Positions 38,125 to 48,393 of a DNA stretch of 64,000 nt are shown here, piece after piece; position 1 is the first letter of the stretch; each line of letters begins with the position of its first letter. The translations under genes and the position numbers were made by a program. The notes beneath the pieces are model-generated. The model was not told the origin of the DNA. It did not search any database and worked only from the letters and a program-made list of their open reading frames with translations. The DNA is taken from positions 768,001 to 832,000 of the forward strand of contig CAWJEN010000005.1 of assembly GCA_963841915.1 (NCBI GenBank). Direction: 5' to 3'. Origin of the DNA: an uncultured Planctomycetota bacterium (GTDB lineage: Bacteria > Planctomycetota > Phycisphaerae > Tepidisphaerales > Tepidisphaeraceae).

Positions 38125-39411
38125 TCACTCCGCCAGGCGGGCGCGGTACTTATCACGCAGCCGCGTGTGGTGGCTCGACAGGTCGACCCGGCGGCCGTTG
38201 ACCCAGGCGTCGGTTACATGGCTCGTCACCTCCAGGATGTCGCCGTCGGCAATGAAAAGCGTCGCTTCTTTGCCTTGGCCAAGACTGCCGACTTTGTCGG
38301 CGACGCCAAGAATCTTTGCCGGCCAGAGCGTCAGCGAAGCGACGGCGTCTTCGGCGCTAAGGCCGTAGCCGACGGCCGAAGCGGCGTGGTACGGCAGGTT
38401 CCGCGTAAACGCCGCCCCGCGGTCGGCACTGATGGCAAAGGTCACGCCCGCTTGCTTGAGTGCTGCCGGCAACGCATAAACGGCGGCCACGTCGTCGTCG
38501 CGGCGGTCAGGCAGCCGCTGGATCCCGTCGATGATCACCGGCACGTCGTGCTCGATCAGCAGGTCGCTCACCAACGCCGCGTCGCGGCCGCCGATGATCA
38601 CGAGGTCGAGTCCGCGGCGGACACCGAACGCCACCGCCGACTCGATCTGCGACGCCTCGTCGGCGTTGACGAACACTTTGGCCTCGCCCGCCAGGGCCGG
38701 CATCATCGCCTCCATCGACGCGTCGTAGGCAATCGTGTCGTCGGCCGCCTTGGCCCGGCGGTACTGCCTGGCCTGGTCGAAGATCGTCTCGATCCTGGCG
38801 AGGTTCTCATCCCGCTCTTTGGCCTGTTCTTCAGGCGTTTCGTCGTTCCACCACGCCGTGTTGGGCAGCAGGCCCGGCCAGTTGAGGACCAGGCCCGTCG
38901 ATGCCAGCGTCATGTCCTCGTACGTCCAGCCTTCGAGCCGCATGACGGCCCCGGTGCCGCTGACAATGCCGCCCTCGGGGTGACTGTGGACGAGCAGCAC
39001 GCCGTTGGCGCGTGTGGTCGCTACGTGTTCGGAATCCGGGTTGAAAGCCAGTTGTGCCTTGGCTTCCGGCGAGACGTTGCCGGCCTCGTCGAGATCGCGT
39101 GAGGCGCGGACGGCATTGACTTCGACGAGGCCGACTTCGGCCGAGGCGTCGATCAGGCCCGGGTAGACGTGCTTGCCGCTGGCGTCGATGACGAGGGTGC
39201 CTTCGGGCAGCGTGTAGAGCTCGACATCGCCGAGCACATCGGTGATGACGCCGTCTGCAGTGATGACGATGCCCTTGTCGATCGTCTCGCCGCTGACGGT
39301 GTGGACGGTGCCGCCGACAATGGCGACGTTTTCCACCGGGCCTGGCACGTTGTCATGCGCAACGGTCGCCGCAGCGGGAAGCAGGAGGATGCACAGCGAA
39401 AGTCGCAGCAT
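38125..39411 (-). CDS. Secreted amidohydrolase-family protein
   Basis: Signal peptide; IDASGKHVYPGLID; PAKILGVADKVGSLGQGKEATL. Confidence 0.87.
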   Translation of the reverse strand: MLRLSLCILLLPAAATVAHDNVPGPVENVAIVGGTVHTVSGETIDKGIVITADGVITDVLGDVELYTLPEGTLVIDASGKHVYPGLIDASAEVGLVEVNAVRASRDLDEAGNVSPEAKAQLAFNPDSEHVATTRANGVLLVHSHPEGGIVSGTGAVMRLEGWTYEDMTLASTGLVLNWPGLLPNTAWWNDETPEEQAKERDENLARIETIFDQARQYRRAKAADDTIAYDASMEAMMPALAGEAKVFVNADEASQIESAVAFGVRRGLDLVIIGGRDAALVSDLLIEHDVPVIIDGIQRLPDRRDDDVAAVYALPAALKQAGVTFAISADRGAAFTRNLPYHAASAVGYGLSAEDAVASLTLWPAKILGVADKVGSLGQGKEATLFIADGDILEVTSHVTDAWVNGRRVDLSSHHTRLRDKYRARLAE

Positions 39412-39533
39412 GATGATCGTGGTCAGGGTTCTGGTGGTTCGGCATGGGGTCGATGCCGCGCCGTCAGGGAGCCGGGGGTGTCGGGGTGTGTCGGTTGTGT
39501 TCTCGCAAGCTCCGACTCTGATCCGAAAGCAGG

Positions 39534-42500
39534 TCAGTGGTCAAAGGCGTGGCAGGCTTCGTCGTGGCGTGGCCACAGGTCGCTGGGACGTGTGGTGGAG
39601 CCCGGCTCGGCGGGCGTTTCGCCGCTGCCGAGCACCTTCTGGATGAGGGCCGCCTTCATCTCGGCGTTCTTCCTGGTCATGGCCGCGTGTTCTTCGCGGT
39701 CGTAGACCTTCACGCCGTCGACCCAGGTCTGCTCGACCACGCTGGTCGAGCTGAGCGGGTGGCCGCTCCAGACGACGAAGTCGGCGGCCTTACCGGGTTC
39801 GAGGCTGCCGACAAACTCGTCGATGCCGAGCTGTTTGGCCGGGTTGAGCGTGACCATCTTGAGGGCCTCTTCCTCGCTGACGCCGCTGTACTTGACGACC
39901 TTGGCCGCTTCGGTGTTGAGTCGTCGGGCGAGCTCGGCGTCGTCGCTGTTGAGGCTGACGACGACGCCGGCTTCGTGCATGATGCCGGCCGCGTAGGGGA
40001 TGGCGTCCATGACCTCGAACTTGTAGCCCCACCAGTCGCTGAACGTGCTTCCCCCGACGCCGTGGGCGGCCATCTCTTTGGCGACCTTGTAGCCTTCGAG
40101 AATGTGCTGGAAGGTGGCGATCTTGATGCCGAACCCCTCGAGCGTGCGCATCGTCGCCAGAATTTCGTCCTGGCGGTAGCTGTGGCAGTGGATGAGGCGG
40201 TCGCCGTCGAGCATCTCGACAAGCGCGTCGAGCTCGAGGTCGCGTCGGACGGGCATGCCGCCTTCGTCGGCGAACTTCTGTCGGGCGGCGCGGTAGTCCT
40301 GTGCCGCCCGGAAGCTGTCGGCGAAGACTTCCTGAACGCCCATGCGGGTCTGCGGGTAACGGGTGGCAAACTGTTCGCCCCAGTTGCTTTGCTTGACGTT
40401 TTCGCCGAGGGCGAACTTGACGCCCTTCGGGGCTTGGGCCATTTTCAGCTCCTCGGGGCCGACGCCCCAACGGAACTTGACGACCTGGTTTTGCCCGCCG
40501 ATGGGGTTGGCCGATCCGTGCAGGATGTTGGCCGCGGTGGTGCCGCCGGCGAGTTGGCGGTAGATGTCGATGTCGTCTGGATCGATGAAGTCGCCGATGC
40601 GGACCTCGCAGGTGACGGCCTGCGTGCCTTCGTTGATGCCGCCGTCGGTGGCGATGTGGGTATGGGCGTCGATGAGGCCGGGGGTGATGTGGCGACCTGT
40701 GGCATCGACCGATTCGATTCGCTTGCCATCGACGGGATCGGCGGCGAGGTAATGCCACTCCGACCGCTTCTGCTCATCAGCGACAACGCCGATCTTGCCG
40801 TCGGCTAGCTCTATCATCGCGTTTGTCACGACGCCTGCTTCTCCTAACGACCAGACGGTCGCGCCGGTGATGCGCGAGTAGCGCGGTCTTGGTAGCTCCG
40901 AGGCAGACATTCCATACGCCCCGAGCGGGTAGTTGACCTCGAAGAGCGGCGACTTGTCCAAGCGAGCCCCGACCGTGAGGGAGGGGTCTGCGGGTTGCGT
41001 GGACGGTTGGGTGGTCGCGGGAGTCTCAGAAACCCCTCCCTCACGGTCGGGGCTCGCTTCGGAATCTTTCGGAGTCTCATTCTCGTCGACGATCGCCGCG
41101 GTGCCGGGGCGCTGGTCGTCTTCGGTCGGGACGTCGAGCTCCGTGGGCGGTGCGACGCCACCGCGGATGGCGGCTTCGTCGGGGCCGGCGGTAGGTGTGT
41201 TTCCTTCGGGCTTGACCGGCTGCGTCGCGGCCGCGGCGTCGCCGGTGCGGTCGAAGGCGAGCGACTTGCGGGTGCCGTCGGGCATCGACGCGACGCCACG
41301 CAGCGTGCCGCCGGCGAGCGTGAGCGAGACGCTGGCGACGCCGTCCTGGCCGAGCGGTTTGGCGTCGACGGTGAAACTCACGCCGTCGCCGACCTGTTCG
41401 AGGTTCTTCGCATCGGCCGAAGCGTCGCCGGCGGCAAAGCTGGCTTTCCACGCGTCGCCGTCTGCGAGGGTCAGCTTCAGGCCGACCGTCTCCCACACGC
41501 CTGCCAGGCCGTCGGGCTGCCTGGCTTCGATCTCGTAGCGCTCGCCCTCGACCCAGACTTCGACGATCTTCGCCTCACCCGCCGGGTCGAAAAGGTCGCC
41601 GTCGGCAATGACGAAGCTGGCGAGTTTGCCCGCCTCGACAACGCCGAGATGGTCGCCCTGATCGAGCAGGTCGGCCGCCTTGGTTGTCAGCATCGCCAAC
41701 GCCGCGTCGGCGGGCAAACCGCGAGCGATCGCCCGGCGGACGTTCGGCAGGAACTCTGCCACGTCGTCCAGCCCTCGCGTCGTAAAGGCGACGGCCGCCT
41801 CGCGTTCGTGCAGGTAGGCGACGTTGCTGGGCGACAGGTCCCAGTCCATCAGATCCCGCAGCGACGTGGCCGACGCCTTGGCCGGACTCGTCACGTCGGG
41901 CGGTGCGGGAAAGTTGACCGGTACGACGAGCGGCAGATCGGCCTCGGCGACCAGATCCGCCCGGCGATATTCATCACCACTGGCGACGGCAACGGCGTCC
42001 AACTCGAACTCGTCGGCGTACTGCCGAGCCCGCAGGACGAACCGCTCGTCGTCGCACACGATCCATGCGATCATCTCGCCGTCCGCGACCGGCACCAGGG
42101 CCGCCAGGGCGTCATTGTGCTCGACGGCCGGCAGCGTCGGGTCGGCCTCGACCGCGTCGTTCGCATCGCGATACCACTGGGCGTCGTACATCGCCTGCCG
42201 GGCGAGTGCGACCGCGCCCATCGGGCTCCGCGGGTACGGCGCCGGCGTGCCCCATGGCGCGCGCTCGGCCGTGTGTCGCATGGCCATGCCGAGGTCGCTG
42301 GCGAGGACGCGAGGCGTGTCGGCCGTGCTGGCGAGAGCGATTGTTCCGCGGATGATGCCGGTGTCGGGCGCGATGACGCGGGCGACGAAGCCGCTGGGCC
42401 GGGCGGCGGTGGCCGACGAGATCGCGTCGGCGGCGGATCGCTGGGGCGTGACGTACTTGTTCCAGTAGCCGTTGGTCTCGTCGACGGCGGGCACATCGGC

Positions 42501-42788
42501 CTCGCTGTAGGCGTCGATGAAGCCGGCGTACATCGTGCGGCCTTGCAGATCGACCCGCGTCGCACCGGCCGGGATGTCGCCACCGATGCTGATGACGCGG
42601 CCGTCACGCACGACGACGGTGGCGTTCTCGACCACTTCGCCCGGCCTTGGGATGAGGCGCACCTTTTCGATGACGAACGACTGCGGCACGTTGCGACGCA
42701 AGCCGTCCGGCGGGGCCGTCTGCTGCTGGGCGGACGCGGTGAGCGTCAAGGCAAAGAAGCAGAGGACGACACTCAAGCGACGAATCAC
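39534..42788 (-). CDS. Secreted protein with two amidohydrolase domains
   Basis: Domain 1 has YAGFIDAYS. Domain 2 has TPGLIDAHTH, HGSANPIGG, KFALGEN, HCHSYR, NSDD and GSLEPGKAAD. Start approximate. Confidence 0.87.
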   Translation of the reverse strand: MIRRLSVVLCFFALTLTASAQQQTAPPDGLRRNVPQSFVIEKVRLIPRPGEVVENATVVVRDGRVISIGGDIPAGATRVDLQGRTMYAGFIDAYSEADVPAVDETNGYWNKYVTPQRSAADAISSATAARPSGFVARVIAPDTGIIRGTIALASTADTPRVLASDLGMAMRHTAERAPWGTPAPYPRSPMGAVALARQAMYDAQWYRDANDAVEADPTLPAVEHNDALAALVPVADGEMIAWIVCDDERFVLRARQYADEFELDAVAVASGDEYRRADLVAEADLPLVVPVNFPAPPDVTSPAKASATSLRDLMDWDLSPSNVAYLHEREAAVAFTTRGLDDVAEFLPNVRRAIARGLPADAALAMLTTKAADLLDQGDHLGVVEAGKLASFVIADGDLFDPAGEAKIVEVWVEGERYEIEARQPDGLAGVWETVGLKLTLADGDAWKASFAAGDASADAKNLEQVGDGVSFTVDAKPLGQDGVASVSLTLAGGTLRGVASMPDGTRKSLAFDRTGDAAAATQPVKPEGNTPTAGPDEAAIRGGVAPPTELDVPTEDDQRPGTAAIVDENETPKDSEASPDREGGVSETPATTQPSTQPADPSLTVGARLDKSPLFEVNYPLGAYGMSASELPRPRYSRITGATVWSLGEAGVVTNAMIELADGKIGVVADEQKRSEWHYLAADPVDGKRIESVDATGRHITPGLIDAHTHIATDGGINEGTQAVTCEVRIGDFIDPDDIDIYRQLAGGTTAANILHGSANPIGGQNQVVKFRWGVGPEELKMAQAPKGVKFALGENVKQSNWGEQFATRYPQTRMGVQEVFADSFRAAQDYRAARQKFADEGGMPVRRDLELDALVEMLDGDRLIHCHSYRQDEILATMRTLEGFGIKIATFQHILEGYKVAKEMAAHGVGGSTFSDWWGYKFEVMDAIPYAAGIMHEAGVVVSLNSDDAELARRLNTEAAKVVKYSGVSEEEALKMVTLNPAKQLGIDEFVGSLEPGKAADFVVWSGHPLSSTSVVEQTWVDGVKVYDREEHAAMTRKNAEMKAALIQKVLGSGETPAEPGSTTRPSDLWPRHDEACHAFDH

Positions 42789-42842
42789 GTCGGCAGCGTA
42801 GTGCCGATGGGTCTGAGGAGCCGCATTCACCGGCAAAGCGAC

Positions 42843-43526
42843 TTAAGTGGCGTTGCCCAGAAGGCTCCTGCCCTTCATGCGTCTGGCGGTGTGCGTCTCC
42901 TGCAACGAGCGGATGGAGGCTGCGAGCTCATCGGTCAGTTCCTGCGGCCGACGACGCTTGTTGCCTGCGGTGACGGAAATCGGCTTGCCCCAGGCGATCA
43001 TGGGCGTTTGTGGCGTGAGGTAGGCCTCGAGCATCGGCGTGCGGCGTTGGCGGCCGTCGATGAAGACCGGGTGGATGTCGGCTTTGCCGCGCAACGCCAT
43101 CGTCGCCACGCCGACGCCGAACGGCATCAGCGACCGCTCGGTCTCGATGCGACCTTCGGGAAAGACGCCGACCACGCGGCCGTCGCCCAGCACGCGCAGC
43201 GCCTGCCGCCAGGCTTTGGTGTCGTGGGCCTCGCGGTCGATGCGGATCATCTCCACGTGCTCGAGGAACCACTTCAGTGACGGCAGGTCGTAAAACTCGC
43301 TGGTCATGACCCACGTGATGGGCCGCGGACACGTCGACTGAATGGCCAGCGGGTCGAGGCCGCTCGTGTGGTTCGCGGCGATGATGGCCGGCCCGGTCGC
43401 CGGAATCTCGCACCGGCCGACGAGCTGACGCTGCTGGTACCCGCGGCCGAACAGATCGGCGACGACCATCAGCGCGCGGACGTCGAGGCGACGTTCGTAA
43501 GTCTGAGGCTTAGATCGCATCACCAC
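42843..43526 (-). CDS. Lysophospholipid acyltransferase (PlsC-like)
   Basis: ANHTSGLD (HX4D) and VFPEG. Start approximate. Confidence 0.88.
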   Translation of the reverse strand: MVMRSKPQTYERRLDVRALMVVADLFGRGYQQRQLVGRCEIPATGPAIIAANHTSGLDPLAIQSTCPRPITWVMTSEFYDLPSLKWFLEHVEMIRIDREAHDTKAWRQALRVLGDGRVVGVFPEGRIETERSLMPFGVGVATMALRGKADIHPVFIDGRQRRTPMLEAYLTPQTPMIAWGKPISVTAGNKRRRPQELTDELAASIRSLQETHTARRMKGRSLLGNAT

Positions 43527-43555
43527 GGCGCAGGACGGTAGTGCGGCGACGGCCG

Positions 43556-43831
43556 ATGGCATACAACAGGGGCGTGTCTCGCAACGACGGCCTCTTCGAT
43601 CCGCCACCACCGCCCGGCCAGGGGTCGACGGCCAACGTCGTCGCCGCCATCGCCAGCGCGTTCATTCCCGGGCTCGGGCAGCTCGCCCAGGGTCGCATCG
43701 GGCCGGCAATCTTTTTCTTCGTTGTGGACGTGCTGGTGTGGATCTTGACCTTCGCTTGCTTGCCGGGCGTGGCGATCATCATGCACATCTGGGCTTGCCT
43801 CGACGCCGCCTGGTGGGAGCCGACGAAATGA
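43556..43831 (+). CDS. Small membrane protein
   Basis: ASAFIPGLGQLAQGRI motif and hydrophobic helices; stop overlaps the next ATG (ATGA). Confidence 0.75.
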   Translation: MAYNRGVSRNDGLFDPPPPPGQGSTANVVAAIASAFIPGLGQLAQGRIGPAIFFFVVDVLVWILTFACLPGVAIIMHIWACLDAAWWEPTK

Positions 43832-44277
43832 GTGTGACCGTCCGTTCTGCCGCGGCCGGTGACGTCGAGACGCTCGCCAACTTCAACATTCGGCTCGCCA
43901 GCGAAACCGAGTCGCACGATCTCGACGCGCCGACGGTGCTTGCCGGCGTCGCCGCCGCTGTTGCCGACGAGCGCAAAGGCCGCTACTTCGTGGCCGATAT
44001 CAACGGCGAGATTGTCGGCTGTCTGATGATCACGCTCGAGTGGAGCGATTGGCGGAACGGCGATTTGTGGTGGATTCAGAGCGTCTACGTGAAATCCGCC
44101 CATCGCGGCCGCGGGGTGTTCCGCGCGCTTCACGCCGAAGCCCGCAACGCCGCCCGGGCCGCCGGCGCCCGCGGCCTGCGGCTGTACGTCGAGCGTGACA
44201 ACGAGACGGCCATCGCGACGTACAAGAAGCTCGGGATGAGCGACGCCGGGTACTTTCTGATGGAAGAGATGTTCTAA
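43828..44277 (+). CDS. GNAT-family N-acetyltransferase
   Basis: EWSDWRNG, WIQSVYV...HRGRGVF, LYVERDN...YKKLGM. Confidence 0.92.
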   Translation: MSVTVRSAAAGDVETLANFNIRLASETESHDLDAPTVLAGVAAAVADERKGRYFVADINGEIVGCLMITLEWSDWRNGDLWWIQSVYVKSAHRGRGVFRALHAEARNAARAAGARGLRLYVERDNETAIATYKKLGMSDAGYFLMEEMF

Positions 44278-44335
44278 GCGGTCCGCTACGCTGACGCGTT
44301 GACGCAAACGCCGCCGTTCAAGTAGTGTCCGATCG

Positions 44336-45490
44336 ATGCATGACGGGACATGGGCACGTCGTCTGATCAGTTGTGTGGTTTTGACCGCGTGGGCTGCAAC
44401 GGCCGCCAGTGCGGTCGGCATCGAGTCGCTCGGCGTACTGCCGGGGGACTTCGGCAGCGCCGCCATCGACCTCAGCGATGACGGCGAGGTCGTGATCGGG
44501 ACCAGTGACGGCGACCCGTTCTTCTGGCGACGCGGCGTCGGTCTCAATGCCATGCCGACGCAGCTTTTCGGAGAGGATTATCGCCTCAACGCCATCAGTG
44601 GTGACGGGGCGACGCTCGTCGGCACCTTCGATCCGGGCAGACGCTCCAAGCCCTTGCTTTGGCAGCTGCCCGGCGTGCCGCGGCTGCTGGAGCGGCAAGG
44701 CGAAGAAGACGAATTCATCGCCATCTCCGCTGACGGCAGAGCCGGCGTCGGTCACGCCGAGATTGGTAACAACTTCGCCCTGACGCGGTGGGACTTCGAG
44801 AACGGACTGTCCGTGATCGGTCGATATCCGCCGGGCAACGCCACGCGAGCGATCGGCATCAGCGACGACGGCTCCACAATCTTGGCAGAAGCGTTCGATG
44901 TCGACAGGCGGCCGTTTCCCGTCCGTGTCGACGCAGCCAACGTGTTCACGCCCTTGCCGGCAGCCGACGGTGGTTTCCTGTCGGGCAACGCGAGCGGCAT
45001 CAGTGGGGACGGCTCGACGGTCGTCGGTGCTGCCGGGTTCGACGGTTTTCTTGGGAGGCAGGCGTTTCGCCAGGTTGGCAACGAATTGGCCGAACCGCTC
45101 GGCGTGAGCGGCTTCGCAGAAGCGGTGAGTGGTGACGGGTCTGTCGTCGTCGGTCACGGCAGCATCAACGGCAGCGAGGGTTTCAAGGCCTTCGTCTGGT
45201 CCGAGCAGACAGGGCCCGTGCTGCTGTACGACCTGCTGACGAGCAACGGCGTCGACCTGTCCGGTTGGCTCGACCTGCAATCGGCCGACGCCATCTCGCC
45301 GGATGGCCGCTGGCTCATCGGCACGGGACGAATCAACCAGTTCGAGCGCCGGGCGTTCCTCGTTGAACTGCCGACGCTCGTCCCGGAACCGGGCGTGGCA
45401 ACTTCGGTAGCATTCGCAACCCTTGCGCTTCTCCGGCGGACCCGACGCCGAACAGACGCAGGTGTTGCCGCGTCGGCTTGGAGCGTGTAG
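44336..45490 (+). CDS. PEP-CTERM surface protein with HAF-like extracellular repeats
   Basis: Repeated A-x-x-(I/V)S-x-DG-x-x-(V/I)VG units; C-terminal VPEP, hydrophobic helix and RRTRRR. Confidence 0.87.
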   Translation: MHDGTWARRLISCVVLTAWAATAASAVGIESLGVLPGDFGSAAIDLSDDGEVVIGTSDGDPFFWRRGVGLNAMPTQLFGEDYRLNAISGDGATLVGTFDPGRRSKPLLWQLPGVPRLLERQGEEDEFIAISADGRAGVGHAEIGNNFALTRWDFENGLSVIGRYPPGNATRAIGISDDGSTILAEAFDVDRRPFPVRVDAANVFTPLPAADGGFLSGNASGISGDGSTVVGAAGFDGFLGRQAFRQVGNELAEPLGVSGFAEAVSGDGSVVVGHGSINGSEGFKAFVWSEQTGPVLLYDLLTSNGVDLSGWLDLQSADAISPDGRWLIGTGRINQFERRAFLVELPTLVPEPGVATSVAFATLALLRRTRRRTDAGVAASAWSV

Positions 45491-45506
45491 CCTTTGCCAC
45501 TCGATC

Positions 45507-45575
45507 ATGCCGTCCCGCCTTCTGCTTACCGATCTGCTCCTCCTCGGCCTTGGCCGCGGTGGCGTGACTCGGTAG
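45507..45575 (+). CDS. Putative leu leader peptide MPSRLLLTDLLLLGLGRGGVTR
   Basis: 22 residues with 8 Leu, ending 82 nt before leuA. Confidence 0.8.
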   Translation: MPSRLLLTDLLLLGLGRGGVTR

Positions 45576-45603
45576 CGGCCGCGATGACGGCAACCCGAAC
45601 ACG

Positions 45604-45631
45604 ACGCCCCGCGGCCCACGCCGCGGGGCGT
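45604..45631 (+). promoter_or_regulatory. Attenuator hairpin upstream of leuA
   Basis: Perfect 12-bp stem ACGCCCCGCGGC-ccac-GCCGCGGGGCGT; the left arm is also complementary to 45552-45565 in the leader. Confidence 0.75.
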
Positions 45632-45657
45632 TCTGCGTATACCTTCTTCGCCCTGCC

Positions 45658-47217
45658 ATGACCGACACCCTCCGCATCTTCGACACCACCCTGCGCGACG
45701 GCGAGCAATCGCCCGGCGCCACCCTCACCCGCGCCGAGAAGGTCGAGATCGCCCGCCACCTCGCGGCCATGGGCGTCGACGTCATCGAGGCCGGCTTTCC
45801 CGTCTCCTCACCCGGCGACTTCGAAAGCGTCAAAGCGATCGCCGGCGAAGTGACTGACGCGACCATCTGCGGCCTGGCCCGGTGTGTGCCGCTCGACATC
45901 GACCGCGCGGGCGAAGCCGTCAAGGACGCCGCCAAACCACGCATTCACGTCTTTTGTGCCACGAGCAAGATTCACCGCGAGCACAAGCTCAAGAAGGGCA
46001 AGGAAGACATTCTCGAACTGGCGGTCAAGAGCATCAAGCACGCCTTGAGCTACTGCGACGATGTCGAGTTTTCGCCCGAAGATGCGAGCCGCACGGAGTA
46101 CGAGTTCATCCGCGACATCACCGCCGCCGCCGTCGAAGCCGGTGCGAAGACGATCAACCTGCCCGACACGGTCGGCTACAGCTACCCGCACGAGTACGCC
46201 GAGGTGTTCCGCCGCGTGCTCGAAGACGTGCCGAGCATCAGGGAAAAAGGCGTCTATCTCAGCACGCACTGCCACAACGATTTGGGCATGGCCGTCGCCA
46301 ACACGCTCGCTGCCGTCGAGGCCGGTGCGAGGCAGGCGGAAGTCACCGTCAACGGTATCGGTGAGCGGGCGGGCAACGCGAGCCTCGAAGAAATCGTGAT
46401 GGCCCTGCGGACCCGCCGAGACCACTTCGGCATCGACACCAACATCGACGCCAAAAAGCTCTACCCCGCCAGCCGCATGGTCAGCACGTTCACGGGTCTG
46501 GCCGTCCAGCGGAACAAGGCAATTGTCGGGCAAAATGCGTTCGCCCACGAGGCCGGCATTCACCAGGACGGCGTGCTCAAGCACCGCGAGACGTACGAAA
46601 TCATGAACCCCGCCGACGTCGGCGTGGCGAGCAATCAACTGGTCCTCGGCAAGCACAGCGGCCGGGCTGCCTTCCGAGACCGCGTGCTGGCGCTGGGCTA
46701 CAAACTCGACGACACGATGATCGAGAGCAGTTTCGACCGGTTCAAAAAGCTCGCCGACAAGAAGAAAGAGGTCTTCGACGAGGACATCGAGGCCATCATC
46801 GACGACCTGCTGGAGGCGGGCGACGCTGTCGGTAAGTGGGAGCTGGCCGGCCTGCAGGTCGTCGCCGGCAGCGACACGGTGACGCCGACCGCCACGGTGA
46901 CGCTGAAGAACCCGGAAGGTGAGTCGGTGTGCGATGCGGCCACGGGCGACGGGCCGGTCGACGCGATCTACTCGACCGTCATGCGCATCGTCGGCCGCGA
47001 GTTCAAGCTGGTCGACTACCGCATTCGTGCCGTCACCGGTGGCAAGGACGCCCAGGGCGAGGTCAATGTCGAACTGTCGGCAGACGACGGCACCCGCGCC
47101 ACCGGCCGCGGTTTGTCGACCGACATCCTCGACGCCTCGGCCCGCGCGTACATCGCAGCTGTCAATCGCATGGCCAACCAGACCCGGCGAACGGTGACGC
47201 AGCACAGCGGCGTGTGA
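45658..47217 (+). CDS. leuA: 2-isopropylmalate synthase
   Basis: [39 protein letters not shown], regulatory domain GDGPVDA. Confidence 0.97.
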   Translation: MTDTLRIFDTTLRDGEQSPGATLTRAEKVEIARHLAAMGVDVIEAGFPVSSPGDFESVKAIAGEVTDATICGLARCVPLDIDRAGEAVKDAAKPRIHVFCATSKIHREHKLKKGKEDILELAVKSIKHALSYCDDVEFSPEDASRTEYEFIRDITAAAVEAGAKTINLPDTVGYSYPHEYAEVFRRVLEDVPSIREKGVYLSTHCHNDLGMAVANTLAAVEAGARQAEVTVNGIGERAGNASLEEIVMALRTRRDHFGIDTNIDAKKLYPASRMVSTFTGLAVQRNKAIVGQNAFAHEAGIHQDGVLKHRETYEIMNPADVGVASNQLVLGKHSGRAAFRDRVLALGYKLDDTMIESSFDRFKKLADKKKEVFDEDIEAIIDDLLEAGDAVGKWELAGLQVVAGSDTVTPTATVTLKNPEGESVCDAATGDGPVDAIYSTVMRIVGREFKLVDYRIRAVTGGKDAQGEVNVELSADDGTRATGRGLSTDILDASARAYIAAVNRMANQTRRTVTQHSGV

Positions 47218-47235
47218 GGCGGGCCCGCGTCCGAA

Positions 47236-47643
47236 TTGAATCCGCAACTGCTCAAGCCCGTTGCGCCATCGTCCGGGGACGAAGTATCCTGCGGCACCAC
47301 GTGTGTTGGTCGCGAACTCCATGATCAGGGGCCAGTACCTGATCAGCAGGGTTGTCTTGTCCCAGTACCGCAGCTTCTGCCACTTCGAATCGAGGAAGAA
47401 GACCGGCAAGTCTCCCTCCAGCCAAGCAGCCTTCTCGTGTGGTGACCGGGAGATGCGAACGTCACCTGAAAGTACAGCCCATCGCCCTTCACGCGTCGCA
47501 AGATCACGCAGCCAATCTTGATCTGGTGTATCAGCTGGAAACAGGTCCCGAAGGGCAGCGACTACGTGGCCCTCGTGTCGGCTCAATGCGGTCAATCCCG
47601 CTCCCCAATTGGGCGGCAGGTTGTGATCTACAAGAAAATGCAT
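47236..47643 (-). CDS. VapC45-like PIN toxin domain; no stop at the expected end, frame stays open to 45808
   Basis: MHFLVDHNLPP, DTPDQDWL, VLSGDVRI, PHEKAAW; downstream of a DUF433 antitoxin. The 3' coordinate given is the inferred domain end. Confidence 0.75.
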
Positions 47644-47660
47644 CGACCTTTGTGAGCGAC

Positions 47661-48356
47661 TCAAGCAGCCATTCTGCCGCCTGCCTCGAAACCGACTGCC
47701 GCCCTGACCGATGCCACACTGACTTGGTAGATCGCGGCAACTGCCTCGATGCTCTTCTCGACCTTCAGCGCGTTTGTGAGCGTCACCGTCGGCACGCGGC
47801 TGCTCGCCATGATCGGCTGTCCAAAGCTCAAAGCGGGATCAATAAGGATGCCGGCACGTTTGCCCGACGGCCACCAACGAGCGGCCTCGTTCTCCAAGTC
47901 AAACTCGACGTCCTTGAGAACAGGGCCCAGCACTTCCTTGATAGCGTACTGCCTACGTGCAAGATCGACTAAGGTCGCCTCGCCTGTTTCATCAGCCACG
48001 TCTGCAAAGATGGTGCGGCCGTCTGTGCGGAGCCTGCGATTAGCAAAAGGGTGAGGCGTTCGCAGGATGTCGGATGCGTGTTGCCTCACCCTGCGAATTG
48101 TCGGCCATCCGACACCTTGCTGGCGTATGGCGTCGATGACGCGTACCTCGATCAGGTCCAGGAAGCCGAGCGCAATTCTTCCGTCAATTGCTGGCAGTTG
48201 ACTTGTGAGTCCTTCACGCTCGCCCCAAGCTCCGTACCATAATCGCACCTTGGTAGCCGCCACACCGGTGAGGCGTTGCACGACGACCGGCGAGTAGATG
48301 CCTACTCCCGTAAAGGTCTTTGAGCCCTGCGAACTTGATAGTGAAGTTACATGCAC
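47661..48356 (-). CDS. VapB45-like antitoxin (N-terminal HTH plus DUF433)
   Basis: GIYS, LGFLDLIEVR, HPFA, TDGRTIF, IDPALSFGQP, VRAAVGFE. Confidence 0.85.
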   Translation of the reverse strand: MHVTSLSSSQGSKTFTGVGIYSPVVVQRLTGVAATKVRLWYGAWGEREGLTSQLPAIDGRIALGFLDLIEVRVIDAIRQQGVGWPTIRRVRQHASDILRTPHPFANRRLRTDGRTIFADVADETGEATLVDLARRQYAIKEVLGPVLKDVEFDLENEAARWWPSGKRAGILIDPALSFGQPIMASSRVPTVTLTNALKVEKSIEAVAAIYQVSVASVRAAVGFEAGGRMAA

Positions 48357-48393
48357 GGCGCGATGAGATCATAGCGCATGAAGATGGTTGTCG

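Noticed and set aside
39412..39533. REP-like fragments (CCGTCAGGGAGC here; similar pieces near 11453 and 44278)
   Set aside because: Too short and divergent to support a repeat family by eye.
37075..43280. Long + strand ORFs (675, 423 and 761 aa)
   Set aside because: Antisense shadows of the epimerase and amidohydrolase genes.
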